DNA from: a virus
Strand: one strand, 5' to 3'
DNA: 64,000 bases
Virus record (IMG/VR): IMGVR_UViG_3300042868_003730
Location: 83,922 to 147,921 of that record
Shown piece by piece: positions 1 to 11,618 of the stretch (its first letter is position 1; each line of letters begins with the position of its first letter). The translations under genes were made by a program, and so were the position numbers. Below the pieces are notes generated by a model. The model was not told the DNA's origin, made no database searches, and was given only the letters and a program-made list of their open reading frames with translations.

Positions 1-1749
1 ACAGTTGTTCAGACGTTTACTACTAATTCACTGACAGTTAGTAAGGTCGGTTCAGGATATCAACAAAATCCAACATTGACATTTAATGGTTCATGTGGTA
101 TATCTGATATTATTGTAAACGATCCAGGATACTTATTCACTGCTGGTTCTAATCCTGCATTGACATTTACTGGCGGTGGTGGAAATGGATTAGCAGCAAC
201 TGCTTACGTTAATGACTGCATTAGAAGCGTAACAATTACAAATTCTGGAACTGGTTATTATCAGGCTGGAGCATTGATTCCGACCACGACGTTTACGACG
301 ATATCTGGAGTTAAACTAACAACCGCTACTGTTAGTAGCGCAACAGTAAGACAAAAATCGTCCAGTGGTTCTGGAACTGGTGCTACTTTCACCATTACGA
401 CGACTGGTTCTGGAGCTACGTATACTGGTGTCACGACCATTACTCTTGCGATTAATGGTTCTGGATATGCTCTTACTGATACAGTAACTATTAGTGGCGC
501 TGCTCTTGGTGGTCTAGATAGCGTCAATGATTTGACATTCACAATTGCTACTGCAGTTGGTGCTTTGCCAGTAGTTACATTCGGAGGAGCTGGTGGTGCG
601 ACAGCAACAGGAACTGCAGTTGTTTCTGGTGGCGGAGTAGTAGGAATCACTATTACCAATAGAGGGACTGGATATACATCAGGTTCAGTTACAATTGCTG
701 CACCAAGCAGTGGAACTACTGCGACAGCCAATGTCTCTGTTGGTAGTGGTATTAGTCATATCAATATTACCAATCCAGGAACTGGATACACAGCATTACC
801 TACAATAACAGTAGCCAATAATGGAACTAGAGATGGTTTCCAATTAACTCCTGTGCTCGGAAAAGGAATTGGTTCCACTACAGTAACTGGCATCTTAAAA
901 ACAATTACACTGACAGGCAATGGTAGTGGGTATACTTCTGCCCCGACTGTTGTGTTGAGTGGTGGTTCACCAAGTACGGCAGCAGTTGCTTATTCGAAAG
1001 TAGTTGGAGCAGTTACATCTATTACAGTGGATGATGGCGGCGCTGGATATAGTAGTAGCCCATCAGTTATTATTTACGGTGGTGAAGGGATTGGGGCATC
1101 ATATGTGGCCAATATCAATACCAGCACTGGTACAGTTACTACTTGCACCAAAGTAAGGGGTGGGAGTAATTATGTAATTACCAAATTTGCTGATTTTACT
1201 ATCGGCACATTATTGGTTGATGAACTGTTGAATGAGTATAATGTATACTCTGCCAAAACTAATATTGATAATAGTTCACTTATCATAACATCAAATAATG
1301 GTTACCCAGTAGTCGGTAGAATGAAGATTCGTAAGAAGAATGCCTCTGACTATTTTATCACCAATACAGCACTGAGTCAGAAGTTCTTGGAATCGCGTTT
1401 TCCTGTTGCTTGTTATAAAGTTCGTGGTAATTTTACTTTAGGTAATTATCCGGCGAATACTACTGTGACATTAAGTGACCAGGTAAATGGTACTAAGACA
1501 TTCATTGTTATCTCATCAAAATACTATGATGTTGGTGTTAACGAAATGTTGTTATTGCCTATCGATGGAGGCACCCTAAATAATGGTATGACGCTAACAA
1601 ATGGGTCAAATCCTTTCTCGGTACTATCTTACGATGAGCCTGCACTGGATAGAAGAACTGGTGATGTATTAATGATAGCAAACAACTCATCTTCTTTTAC
1701 TCAGAATGCCGACCAAACTCTTTCATTCAGAACTATCATAAATTTCTAA
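1..1749 (+). CDS. Baseplate wedge subunit, gp8-like, expanded by GSGY(T) beta-repeat modules (5'-truncated by window)
   Basis: Frame is open from base 1. Many ITxxGxGYTxxPTV repeats. C-terminus EPALDRRTGDVLMIANN...QTLSFRTIINF resembles the gp8 C-terminus of large T4-like phages. Lies directly upstream of the VrlC-like gene. Confidence 0.65.
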   Translation, partial: TVVQTFTTNSLTVSKVGSGYQQNPTLTFNGSCGISDIIVNDPGYLFTAGSNPALTFTGGGGNGLAATAYVNDCIRSVTITNSGTGYYQAGALIPTTTFTTISGVKLTTATVSSATVRQKSSSGSGTGATFTITTTGSGATYTGVTTITLAINGSGYALTDTVTISGAALGGLDSVNDLTFTIATAVGALPVVTFGGAGGATATGTAVVSGGGVVGITITNRGTGYTSGSVTIAAPSSGTTATANVSVGSGISHINITNPGTGYTALPTITVANNGTRDGFQLTPVLGKGIGSTTVTGILKTITLTGNGSGYTSAPTVVLSGGSPSTAAVAYSKVVGAVTSITVDDGGAGYSSSPSVIIYGGEGIGASYVANINTSTGTVTTCTKVRGGSNYVITKFADFTIGTLLVDELLNEYNVYSAKTNIDNSSLIITSNNGYPVVGRMKIRKKNASDYFITNTALSQKFLESRFPVACYKVRGNFTLGNYPANTTVTLSDQVNGTKTFIVISSKYYDVGVNEMLLLPIDGGTLNNGMTLTNGSNPFSVLSYDEPALDRRTGDVLMIANNSSSFTQNADQTLSFRTIINF

Positions 1750-1750
1750 T

Positions 1751-4700
1751 ATGACAACATACAACCGCGACCCATACTTCGACGATTTTGACAAAACAAA
1801 GAATTTCGTCAAGATCCTGTTCAAACCTGGTGTCTCTGTTCAAGCGAGAGAGTTGACTCAGCTGCAGACAGCGATTCAGGAACAAATTAAATCGATCGGT
1901 GGTTTCCTCTTTAAGAATGAATCACTGGTCACTGGTGGTAATAGCAGAACATTCTCTGCTATTTGGATCGATGTTGCATCAACTGATCTTTCTGACTATG
2001 TGACCAAGACATTCGTCGGCGCAAGTAGTCGCGCAAAGGCACAAGTTATTTCGTATAAGAATAACGTATCTTCTGGTGTTTCTAGGCTGTATTTTGTCTA
2101 TAAGAATGGATACAGATTCCAGAAATCTGAGTCGTTGAGTGAGGATGTTCTTTCACCATCAGTTGCCCCAGTAGTAACAACGAATAGCGACACCAATACT
2201 GGTAGCGCTATGGCGTACACGATCTCTGAGTCTGTGTTTTTCGTCAAAGACTATTTCGTTGTTTGCTCTGAGCAAACTATTATTATTTCTGAGAACGCAA
2301 CTCCGAGCGTAAAGATCGGTCTTACTGTTACTGAAGATATTGTTACGTATCAGGATGATGCAACACTGTTGGACCCAGCAACTGGTTCATACAACTACGC
2401 AGCACCAGGTGCTGATCGTGTCGCTATTAGCCTTGATCTAGTTACACATGCTCTGGATCCACTGGCAGATACAGATGCTGAGTTTATGATCGAGAACACT
2501 GAAGATAACTTCATTGAACTTGCTCGATATAAAGATGGTGTACTAATTAAGAGTTTGACTAGCCCAACTCTCGGTGCTCTTGAGGGAGTTCTCGCAAGAA
2601 GAACGTATGATGAATCAGGTGATTACACTGTTCGTGCGTTTAAGACTAAAGTTACAGACAATGTCAAGAAAGATTCTTCTAAATTAAGTCTGGCCATTGA
2701 ACCAGGTAAAGCCTATGTTAAAGGCTATGAGTTCGAGACTACCTCAACTCTTTTCCTTGACTTAGAAAAAGCAAGAGACACGAATTTCATCAATAACTTC
2801 TATGGTGAAGCAGCATTCGGTGATTACTTTATTATTGAACACCCAACTGGTGCGCTTATTGATTATACTGCCAATCCAGAAATCAATTTAGTTAATTCAT
2901 CGGTGGCAGTTATTGGTACTGCCAGAGTTAGGTATGTTTCTAGACATTCTGCGAATAGATTAAAGTTATACGTTTACAATGTAAAATTCACTACGAGTTC
3001 TATTTCTGCAGTAACCACAGTTAAAAATGGATCATGGACTGCTAATGTTGATGGGGCAGCGAACGCAAATAAATTATATCGCGGAAAAAACTTACAATAT
3101 ATTGTTCCTTTCACGCGCAGTCCAATTAAATCAGTGACTGATATTAGTTATACTTCACAGGTTGCAGTCAGCAACATAGCAACGGCTACTACATTAAGTT
3201 CACCAACATCATTAAGTGCAGGTAAAACTTATTCATCTAGTAACCCAGATGATTATATTGTTGTCAAGAGTGATGGTTCCGTTGCAACTGGGTTCACAGT
3301 TACAACCAGCGGAGGTCAGACGTTCATTTTGACTGGTACATTTACCAATGCGGCGACATACTCAGTTTATGCTAAGATTGCAGTTTCTACGCCAACAGTT
3401 AAGTCTAAAGTAAAGACAGCTGCTACTGTAACTGCCACAAATAGCAACGGCAACATCTCTCTTGGTGTGGCTGATGTTTATAGAATTGTTTCCATCTACG
3501 CAAGCAGCACGGATGGAAGTTTGACATTAGATATTACTGGTAGATATAAACTGAATCGTGGTCAGAAAGATACTCATTATGATTACAGCACACTTGTTCT
3601 GACAACTGGTCAACAAGCAGCCAATTTAACTACGTATCCGCGACTTGTCATAACTCTTGAGTATTTCGTTTCTGCGCAGACCAATGGTTATTTCACAATT
3701 GACTCATACAATACTACTACAACAGATACAAGTCTGTTAGTTCCGTATGAGAAGATTCCATCATTCACAGGTTCAAATGGTGCGGTAGTTTCATTACGTG
3801 ATGTTATTGACTTCAGATCTGTGCGTGCTAATGTTTCTGGATTCCCAGGATCATTAGGGACTCCTATTCCTTCCAGCGATAACACAAGTATTGTTGGTAA
3901 TGAATTCATCACTCCATCGAGTAACATCACTTCTGACTTTGAGTACTACCTTCCTAGAGTTGATAAACTAATTATCACCAAGGAAAAGAAGTTCGACCTT
4001 ATTCAAGGCAATTCTTCAGAAATCCCGCAAATTCCATCTGATATTTCAGATGCGATGACGATCTATACAGTAGAGATTCCTGCCTATACGTTTAGTGCTG
4101 CTGAAGTTAAATTGAACTATATTGAGAATCGCCGTTATACAATGCGCGATATCGGTAAGATTGATAAACGAGTAGATCGTCTTGAGTATTACACATCGAT
4201 GAGTTTGCTTGAGAAACAAGCATCAGATGAAGTAATTGTTAATGCAACTGGTATTGACAAGTTCAAGAATGGTATTCTGGTTGATCCATTTGCTGGTCAC
4301 GGAGTTGGTGACGTTGGCTCTGCTGATTACTCCTGCTCTATTGACGTAGCGAATAGAACTCTTCGTCCGAGATTCGCATCTGATTCATTCACGTTTGACG
4401 TAAACTTATCAGAGACTAGCGGAGCAAATTATTCGAGGAAAGATGATCTAATCACTCTTCCATATTCAACGGAATTTTATGTTTCAAATAACCAGGCTAC
4501 TAACTGGCAAAACCTAAACCCATATGCAGTGTTCTCATGGGATGGTGAGATTAAGTTAATGCCTGCAACTGATACTTGGACCGATACAACTACCCGTCCA
4601 GATGTTGTTATTAACATAAATGGAGACAAAGACGCATTCACCATTATGGCTGATGACGTCGCCAACCCTGCATCAGTTGGAGTAGAATGGAATAATTGGC

Positions 4701-7700
4701 AAACTACCGTAAAGGGAGTTTCCCAAACTCCAACGTCAACTAGTAGTACTGCAACTAGCACATCTCTAAAGGGATCACAGGCTATTCAGTCAACATCAAC
4801 TACCGCTACTACTTCATTGACAACTACTGTCAATGAGACATCTACGCGTACTGGTATTGAAGTAGAAAGATCTGCGATCTCAACTGTTACTAGAGATCTT
4901 GGAAATAAAGTCGTAGATACTTCTATCGTTCCGTTTATTAGATCTAGAGTTATTGACTTTTCCGCGTCTAGACTAAAACCATCAACTCAACTATTTGCCT
5001 CATTCGATAGCGTTGATGTTACTACTTATTGCACACAGGCTCCAGTAATTTATCTGACTACGGTTGCTAATGCAAAACGTGTTCGCAAAATTGGAGCATC
5101 TAATGCTGCTAATGTGATTCTGTTAAAGACAGACAGAGCATACATTAAGATGGATGATGGGCAAACATTATTCGCAGTTGGCGATGTTGTTGAATGGTTA
5201 GTAAACAATGCCTGGGTCACTGGTACGACTATTACTGATGTAGCTGCTCCAGTCGATGATTCATTGATTACTGATGAGAATGGTGATCTGGCTGGATATT
5301 TCCTAATTCCTAATAATTCAGAAACTAAATTCCGAACTGGTGAGCGACCATTTAGATTAGCAGACACTCTCGGTAAACAACCACTCACTGCAGCAGAAAC
5401 AAAGTATGTTGCACAGGGATTGTCAATGTCTGTGCAAAGAGACATTGTAGCAACTAGAGTTGTTACTGTTGCTGTTAATCCCGTTCAACAATCAAATACT
5501 TCAACTTCTTCATCAACATCAACATCTACTGAAGTCGCAACAGTTACTAAAGATGTAACTGTCCTCTGCGGAGAAACTGCGAATGGAGCAGGAAGAACTG
5601 GTAAATTTACTTATGATCTAGAGTTCGGAACTGACATTGGAGCATGTGGTATTAACTATGCCACTGGACCAATTCCAGACTGCTATACTATTATCTGGAA
5701 TGGAAAAACAATAACTAGTGGTTTCCGTAGTCAGGGAAACAAAACGGAATATAATAGAACTCTTAATTCATTAGGATATCCTTCAGTAAATAGCGTTATT
5801 GATGCAAATAATCCTGCGTATGGACAATTACGATTCCAGAAAACATCTATCTACCCAACCAAGGCAAAACTAATTGTTGATGCTCCTCTTTCTGGCACTG
5901 GTTGGACCTGGAAATCAATTTGTCCAGGTAAGACTAATAACCTAGTAGCAGAAACTACTGCTCGTCTAGATGCATTCATTGATGTTCCTTCTACGACAAT
6001 AACGTCATTTAGGTCAGTTGGTGGCTCTCCTGCAGTTCCTGCTGCTTCTTTCGGTCTATTTAACATTCCAGCAAGACCAGCAGTAGATCCAACTATCTCT
6101 ACTACAGATACTGGAGTTCGATATAACTTCGCATTGAAGATCAACGGAAATCAGGGCGTTGCTGTTGGTACTCCAGTAATAATCACATCACTGTCTAGGT
6201 CAGAAACTACTAATGGTCGTTTCACTTCGTTCGCAACTGGAACTCGATTCTTGGTAAATGGCGCACCAATGACATTCCCTTACACGGTCAATGTCGGTGT
6301 TCCTCTTACAATTACAGCGATTTATGACTTCACAAATGACTCAAAAACAAAGGGTCTTAATTTATCCGGAAGTCTGAACAATCCTATTTCTAGGATCACA
6401 GTTAATGCTGAATTAGTAACAGCAATTGCTGGTTCTGTTTGCGCTACTACTGCAGCAGATTCAGTTACTCATACATCTTCTTATGAGCGTTGGGACCGTA
6501 GTACTTGCAAAAATGACCCACTAGCTCAGACATTCTATGTGTCTTCAGAAGAAAATCCAGATGGTATTTTCGTTGACAGTGTTGATTTGTTCTTCAAGTC
6601 AAAGGATGCATCAGGAACAGTACCAGCAGTAGTGCAGATTCGCCCAACAGTTAATGGCTATCCATCTTCAGATACTGTTCTGCCTTTCGCAAGTGGTTCT
6701 GTTATGTCAAAGGACATTGTTGTCTCAGCTGAGAATAGTTCGAGCAAAGCAGCAACCAGGTTTAATTTCCAGGCTCCGGTCTTCTTAGCACCAGATACTC
6801 AATATGCTTTGGTTGTTCTTGCCAACACTGACAAATTTGAAGTTTATACTTCAAGAATCGGTGAGTTCTTGTTGTCTAATCCTTCTGTTCGATGCACGAA
6901 ACAACCTCTGGCTGGATCATTGTTCTTGTCACAAGATGGAATGACTTGGTCAGCTGTGCAGACTGATGATCTGGTATTCAGAATGAGTAAGTGCGTGTTT
7001 GATACAAATGTCGAGAGACCAGTTGTTCTTAATGTAAGTATTCCTGCAGAAAAGAAAACCAGTCAAGATTTTAACTATGATGTTCTGTTTCTTGACGGAG
7101 AAGTTCTTGATTTTGCTAATACGAATGTTAACTATTTTTATAAAACAGCAGAGCTATCTGGTAGTTCTGTAGTTTATACAAAAGACTCTTCTTGGAATTC
7201 ATATCAATTAGGAAGTAACGTAATTCTCCCAGCAAGAAAGACTCTTGATATTCAAGATCCAACTACTCTGCGCATTAAGTGCGATATGCGGACTAATAAT
7301 AAAGATATTAGCCCTGTTATTGACTTGGATAGATTGTCTACAGTTCTTGTTCAGAATATCATCAATAATAATTCTAACAGTGAGACAGCAACAACTACAG
7401 CTACCATCTCTTCAGTTGCTGCGACTACTAATACAGTAACTATCACGGCTTCTGCTGCTCATGGATTATCTGTTGGCGATACTGTTTACGTGTACGCCAA
7501 TACTTCTACTGTAGTTAATGGATTCGTGACTGTTGCTTCTATTGGTACGACAACAGTAACGAATGACAATTTCACTTATGTGAGATTTGATGGAGGAACA
7601 ACGATTTCTAGCACAAACCAGGCAGGAACTGTAACTAGAAACCCACAGGCACTCTCAAGATATATTACGCGTAAAGTTACTCTGAATTCAGATTTTTATT

Positions 7701-8023
7701 CAACTGATATTAAGGCATATTTCCTCGCTGATATTCCTGCTGAGTGTTCAGTTATTCCGTATTATAGAGTAGCTAGTTTGACTGACAATATTCTAGAAGA
7801 TAATGACTGGATCCCGATGACTCTTGATACAGTTGGTTCTGCCAATTCTTCTGGCTTCGCTGAATATAAATACAAAGCACCGTATGTTGTATCTTCGAAT
7901 ACAGTAGCTCTTTCTACTGGTGAGACATTTGGAACCTTCAGTGTTAAATTAGTTATGTTGTCAAGTAATACTGTTAAAGTTCCGAAAATCAAAGACCTAC
8001 GAGTATTGGCTCTAGATGACTAA
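1751..8023 (+). CDS. Large virion structural protein, VrlC/DUF4815-like
   Basis: 2090 aa. N-terminal PYFDDFD...ILFKPG.SVQARELTQLQ, internal APGADR, ARRTYDESGDY, NRRYTMRDIGK.DKRV..LEYYT and DPLAQTF, C-terminal VPKIKDLRVLAL. Confidence 0.85.
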   Translation: MTTYNRDPYFDDFDKTKNFVKILFKPGVSVQARELTQLQTAIQEQIKSIGGFLFKNESLVTGGNSRTFSAIWIDVASTDLSDYVTKTFVGASSRAKAQVISYKNNVSSGVSRLYFVYKNGYRFQKSESLSEDVLSPSVAPVVTTNSDTNTGSAMAYTISESVFFVKDYFVVCSEQTIIISENATPSVKIGLTVTEDIVTYQDDATLLDPATGSYNYAAPGADRVAISLDLVTHALDPLADTDAEFMIENTEDNFIELARYKDGVLIKSLTSPTLGALEGVLARRTYDESGDYTVRAFKTKVTDNVKKDSSKLSLAIEPGKAYVKGYEFETTSTLFLDLEKARDTNFINNFYGEAAFGDYFIIEHPTGALIDYTANPEINLVNSSVAVIGTARVRYVSRHSANRLKLYVYNVKFTTSSISAVTTVKNGSWTANVDGAANANKLYRGKNLQYIVPFTRSPIKSVTDISYTSQVAVSNIATATTLSSPTSLSAGKTYSSSNPDDYIVVKSDGSVATGFTVTTSGGQTFILTGTFTNAATYSVYAKIAVSTPTVKSKVKTAATVTATNSNGNISLGVADVYRIVSIYASSTDGSLTLDITGRYKLNRGQKDTHYDYSTLVLTTGQQAANLTTYPRLVITLEYFVSAQTNGYFTIDSYNTTTTDTSLLVPYEKIPSFTGSNGAVVSLRDVIDFRSVRANVSGFPGSLGTPIPSSDNTSIVGNEFITPSSNITSDFEYYLPRVDKLIITKEKKFDLIQGNSSEIPQIPSDISDAMTIYTVEIPAYTFSAAEVKLNYIENRRYTMRDIGKIDKRVDRLEYYTSMSLLEKQASDEVIVNATGIDKFKNGILVDPFAGHGVGDVGSADYSCSIDVANRTLRPRFASDSFTFDVNLSETSGANYSRKDDLITLPYSTEFYVSNNQATNWQNLNPYAVFSWDGEIKLMPATDTWTDTTTRPDVVININGDKDAFTIMADDVANPASVGVEWNNWQTTVKGVSQTPTSTSSTATSTSLKGSQAIQSTSTTATTSLTTTVNETSTRTGIEVERSAISTVTRDLGNKVVDTSIVPFIRSRVIDFSASRLKPSTQLFASFDSVDVTTYCTQAPVIYLTTVANAKRVRKIGASNAANVILLKTDRAYIKMDDGQTLFAVGDVVEWLVNNAWVTGTTITDVAAPVDDSLITDENGDLAGYFLIPNNSETKFRTGERPFRLADTLGKQPLTAAETKYVAQGLSMSVQRDIVATRVVTVAVNPVQQSNTSTSSSTSTSTEVATVTKDVTVLCGETANGAGRTGKFTYDLEFGTDIGACGINYATGPIPDCYTIIWNGKTITSGFRSQGNKTEYNRTLNSLGYPSVNSVIDANNPAYGQLRFQKTSIYPTKAKLIVDAPLSGTGWTWKSICPGKTNNLVAETTARLDAFIDVPSTTITSFRSVGGSPAVPAASFGLFNIPARPAVDPTISTTDTGVRYNFALKINGNQGVAVGTPVIITSLSRSETTNGRFTSFATGTRFLVNGAPMTFPYTVNVGVPLTITAIYDFTNDSKTKGLNLSGSLNNPISRITVNAELVTAIAGSVCATTAADSVTHTSSYERWDRSTCKNDPLAQTFYVSSEENPDGIFVDSVDLFFKSKDASGTVPAVVQIRPTVNGYPSSDTVLPFASGSVMSKDIVVSAENSSSKAATRFNFQAPVFLAPDTQYALVVLANTDKFEVYTSRIGEFLLSNPSVRCTKQPLAGSLFLSQDGMTWSAVQTDDLVFRMSKCVFDTNVERPVVLNVSIPAEKKTSQDFNYDVLFLDGEVLDFANTNVNYFYKTAELSGSSVVYTKDSSWNSYQLGSNVILPARKTLDIQDPTTLRIKCDMRTNNKDISPVIDLDRLSTVLVQNIINNNSNSETATTTATISSVAATTNTVTITASAAHGLSVGDTVYVYANTSTVVNGFVTVASIGTTTVTNDNFTYVRFDGGTTISSTNQAGTVTRNPQALSRYITRKVTLNSDFYSTDIKAYFLADIPAECSVIPYYRVASLTDNILEDNDWIPMTLDTVGSANSSGFAEYKYKAPYVVSSNTVALSTGETFGTFSVKLVMLSSNTVKVPKIKDLRVLALDD

Positions 8024-8255
8024 TAATTATTTGAAAGTAATCGATGCTCCGGGTCTTTTACGAGACCCGTACTCGAAGGCTCTTGTAAACACAGACCTCT
8101 CTGCTCTTAATGAACATAAAAAGAAAAAGAGAGCGATGAATGCTATTCTAAATAATAGCAGAGAATTAGAAGCAAGAGTGGACGAATTATCTTCTAAGAT
8201 GGATAACATCGAAATAATGTTAACAAAATTGTTAGAGAAACAATCAAATGGCTAA
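8016..8255 (+). CDS. Small coiled-coil protein typically following the VrlC-like gene
   Basis: 79 aa, LLRDPYSKALVNTD followed by a coiled coil. Overlaps both neighbouring genes, suggesting translational coupling. Confidence 0.7.
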   Translation: MTNNYLKVIDAPGLLRDPYSKALVNTDLSALNEHKKKKRAMNAILNNSRELEARVDELSSKMDNIEIMLTKLLEKQSNG

Positions 8256-11200
8256 TTTAGTTTATCGTAAAAGTTCAACTCCTGCAGCGAATGTAAGTAC
8301 TACATTCAAGGGTTCACCATTAACGAATGATGAACTAGATAATAATCTATTTGGTATTAATGCTGAAGTTCAATTAAAAGCACCAATCAATAATGCTGTT
8401 TTCACTGGAACGACAACGATCCCAAGTATTACTGCCACTGGCGGTACAATAAACAATATCACAATTGGCGCAAGCGGTGCTTCTACTGGTGCGTTCACCA
8501 CATTAACAACTACAGGTGATGTTAACGTTGATGGTGGTGACATTACAACGGCAGCAACGACATTCAATTTACTTAACGCAACTGCTACTACAGTGAACTT
8601 TGCTGGGGCAGGTACTGCGGTTACTATCGGTGCTACGACTGGAACTGCCACAATCCGTAATGCAACTCTAGCAGTAACTAATGCAGCCACAGTAGGAACT
8701 ACATTAGGCGTTACAGGTAACGTAACAATCGGAGCATCCAAATTTGTTGTTACCGCAGCAACTGGTAATACTGCTATTGCTGGCGATGTTGCCGTCGATA
8801 CCAATAAGTTTACAGTCGCTGCAGCGACTGGTAATACTGCTGTGTTGGGTACATTTAGTTCCGGTGGACTTTCTACCCTTAATTCTTTAACAGTAACTAA
8901 CGCATCTACACTATCTGGCGGACTTAGTACAACTACTGGCTCATTTAGCGGTCAAGTTACATCAACAGTGGCAATCGGAACTGCTCCATTTGTTGTAACG
9001 TCAACAACTAAGGTCACTAACTTAAATGCAGACAGAGTCGATGACTTTACAGCAGACCAAGCAAATACTGCATCTGCTATTGTCGTGAGAGATGCGTCAA
9101 AGAATATAAACATTAGTAATGCAGTAATGTCCGGATCGACTTCTGGGACTACTACTTTACAACCAACAGCTATCTCTGGAACTAGTGTTCTGACTCTTCC
9201 AGCTGCGACTGACACTCTGGTTGGAAAAGCAACAACTGATACGTTGACAAATAAATCATTCAGCCTCGCGAGCAATACATTAACTGGAACTCTGGCTCTG
9301 TTTAATACTGCTCTCACAGATGCTGATTTTGTTTCTATTGCTGGCGCAGAGACACTGACAAGTAAGACTTTAACTAGTCCAGTAATAAACACTGCCACTA
9401 TCTCTGGTGGTACAATCAATAACACAATAATTGGCGGAACAACTAGAGCAGCTGGTTCGTTCACTACATTAAATGCGAATAGTACTCTTGATGTTACTGG
9501 AGCAACTACTCTCTCCAGCACATTGGCAGTTAATGGTGCAAGTTTAACGACTACTGCAACTACGTTTAATTTAATCAACGCAACAGCGACAACATTAAAT
9601 CTCGGAGGAGCGGCGACAACAATCACTGTTGGTGCGGTAACAGGAACAACGACTGTAAGAAATAATGCCTCTATTACCGGAACTCTTGGTGTAACAGGAA
9701 CATCTACTCTTGCTGCTGTAACAGCAACTACTGGATCATTTAGCGGTCAAGTTACATCAACAGTGGCAATCGGAACTGCTCCATTCGTAGTAACATCAAC
9801 TACCAGAGTGACGAATCTGAACGCAGATAGAGTTGATGACTTTACAGCAGACCAAGCAAATACTGCATCTACAATAGTAGTTAGAGATGCATCTAAGAAT
9901 ATAAACATCAATAACGCAGTAATGTCTGGTTCAACTTCTGGAACGACGACATTACAACCAACAGCTATCTCTGGTACTAGTGTTCTGACTCTTCCGGCAG
10001 CAACAGATACTCTTGTTGGTAAAGCAACAACTGACGTATTAACTAATAAGACAGTCAATCTAACAAGCAATACATTAACTGGAACTCTGGCTCAGTTTAA
10101 TACTGCGCTAAGTGATGCCGATTTCGCCACTACTTCTGGTGCTGATACGCTGACGAATAAGACACTCAATCTGGCGAGTAATACATTATTAGGAACTCTG
10201 GCTCAGTTTAATACTGCGCTAAGTGATGCTGATTTTGTTTCTATTGCTGGAATCGAAACAATAACCAGTAAAACATTAACTAGTCCAGTAATAAACACCG
10301 CTACTATCTCTGGTGGTACAATCAATAATGCAATCATTGGCGGAACAACTAGAGCAGCTGGTTCGTTTACTACATTAAATGCGAATAGTACTCTTGATGT
10401 TACTGGTGTGACAACTCTTTCTAGTCTTGTTGTTGGTACTTCTGCAACAATCGGAACTACTCTAGCAGTCACTGGTGATGTTTCTGTTAATACTAACAAG
10501 TTTAATGTAACTGCATTAAGTGGTAATACTGCAATCGCAGGTACATTAGGTGTTGCTGGTAATGTTGCTGTTGCTACAAATAAGTTTACTATCGCAGCAG
10601 GATCTGGTGATACTGTGGTTGCTGGAACATTAAATGTTTCCGGAACATCTACTCTTGCTGGTGTGAACGCAGGCGCATTGAGTGCTAGTTCGTTAACATC
10701 CTCCGCTGGTGTGCAAGGAACAACTCTTACGTCTACTGTTGCTATTGGTACTGCACCACTCACAGTAACATCAACTACTAGAGTAACGAATCTAAATGCA
10801 GATACTGTTGATGGAATGAATTTTGCTACAGTTAATGTCGGTGGAGTTCTGAACACTGATCAGCGAGGTGGTGTTGCGTATGCATCTGATGCATCTAATA
10901 TTACATATGTCGCGCCAGGAACATCTGGATATTTACTGCAATCAAATGGATTAAATTCTGCTCCTACCTGGGTAGCAGCAAATGCACTAACTGCTGGTAA
11001 TTCTTCTACAGCAGCAAATGTTTTGGGTGGCGCAGCTGGATCAATATTATATCAGAGCGCAGTAGATAATACTGCAAAATTAACGATTGGTTCGACAGGA
11101 CAAATCCTTACAGCTGGTGCTACGTTACCAGAATGGTCAAGCAGCATATCAGTATCAGGAACTTTGACTCATGGTGGTTTGACGCCATCTGCTGGCACGA

Positions 11201-11568
11201 ACATTGACCAATTATACACAGCTACTGATGCAACATTAGTTGTTACCACTTCTTGGGTTAGTACCAGTGTTAATTTCGCAGAGCTCGCGACTGGTTCATA
11301 TATGGTCCAAGTAAATACAGGAACAGAGTATTATACTGGTATTATGAGTTGGTATGGCGCTGATATCAATTCTGTGGTAACGGACGAAATTATTCTACAC
11401 AGAGCATCATCTGGTGCTGAAACTAGTAATCTGTTCCTTAAAGTTGAAAGAACAGATACTGACTTAGATCCAGCTGGTGCTGCTTCTCCAAATATGACAC
11501 TACAAATTAGTTCATCTGTCGCAAGAGCATCAGCCAGTTACACTTATAAATTCCGCAGAATGATCTAA
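8248..11568 (+). CDS. Tail fibre protein with large internal duplication
   Basis: 1106 aa, T/A/G-rich. N-terminal KGSPLTNDELDNN fibre-attachment motif. TLTNKT and GTAPFVVTSTT.VTNLNAD repeats. Confidence 0.75.
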   Translation: MANLVYRKSSTPAANVSTTFKGSPLTNDELDNNLFGINAEVQLKAPINNAVFTGTTTIPSITATGGTINNITIGASGASTGAFTTLTTTGDVNVDGGDITTAATTFNLLNATATTVNFAGAGTAVTIGATTGTATIRNATLAVTNAATVGTTLGVTGNVTIGASKFVVTAATGNTAIAGDVAVDTNKFTVAAATGNTAVLGTFSSGGLSTLNSLTVTNASTLSGGLSTTTGSFSGQVTSTVAIGTAPFVVTSTTKVTNLNADRVDDFTADQANTASAIVVRDASKNINISNAVMSGSTSGTTTLQPTAISGTSVLTLPAATDTLVGKATTDTLTNKSFSLASNTLTGTLALFNTALTDADFVSIAGAETLTSKTLTSPVINTATISGGTINNTIIGGTTRAAGSFTTLNANSTLDVTGATTLSSTLAVNGASLTTTATTFNLINATATTLNLGGAATTITVGAVTGTTTVRNNASITGTLGVTGTSTLAAVTATTGSFSGQVTSTVAIGTAPFVVTSTTRVTNLNADRVDDFTADQANTASTIVVRDASKNININNAVMSGSTSGTTTLQPTAISGTSVLTLPAATDTLVGKATTDVLTNKTVNLTSNTLTGTLAQFNTALSDADFATTSGADTLTNKTLNLASNTLLGTLAQFNTALSDADFVSIAGIETITSKTLTSPVINTATISGGTINNAIIGGTTRAAGSFTTLNANSTLDVTGVTTLSSLVVGTSATIGTTLAVTGDVSVNTNKFNVTALSGNTAIAGTLGVAGNVAVATNKFTIAAGSGDTVVAGTLNVSGTSTLAGVNAGALSASSLTSSAGVQGTTLTSTVAIGTAPLTVTSTTRVTNLNADTVDGMNFATVNVGGVLNTDQRGGVAYASDASNITYVAPGTSGYLLQSNGLNSAPTWVAANALTAGNSSTAANVLGGAAGSILYQSAVDNTAKLTIGSTGQILTAGATLPEWSSSISVSGTLTHGGLTPSAGTNIDQLYTATDATLVVTTSWVSTSVNFAELATGSYMVQVNTGTEYYTGIMSWYGADINSVVTDEIILHRASSGAETSNLFLKVERTDTDLDPAGAASPNMTLQISSSVARASASYTYKFRRMI
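8930..10405 (+). repeat. Intragenic duplication of about 570 bp in tail fibre gene (copy A ~8930-9500, copy B ~9725-10405)
   Basis: Both copies start near-identically with TCATTTAGCGGTCAAGTTACATCAACAGTGGCAATCGGAACTGCTCCATT and end with GCGAATAGTACTCTTGATGTTACTGG. Copy B carries one extra NTLTGTLAQFNTALSDADF unit. Confidence 0.85.
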
Positions 11569-11571
11569 CCT

Positions 11572-11578
11572 CTAAATA
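11572..11578 (+). promoter_or_regulatory. T4-type late promoter (CTAAATA)
   Basis: CTAAATA in the intergenic gap before the fibre gene. The same motif precedes most structural genes in the window. Confidence 0.7.
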
Positions 11579-11618
11579 ATAAACAACTACCTCTGATTCA
11601 TAAAGAAGGGACGAGGAA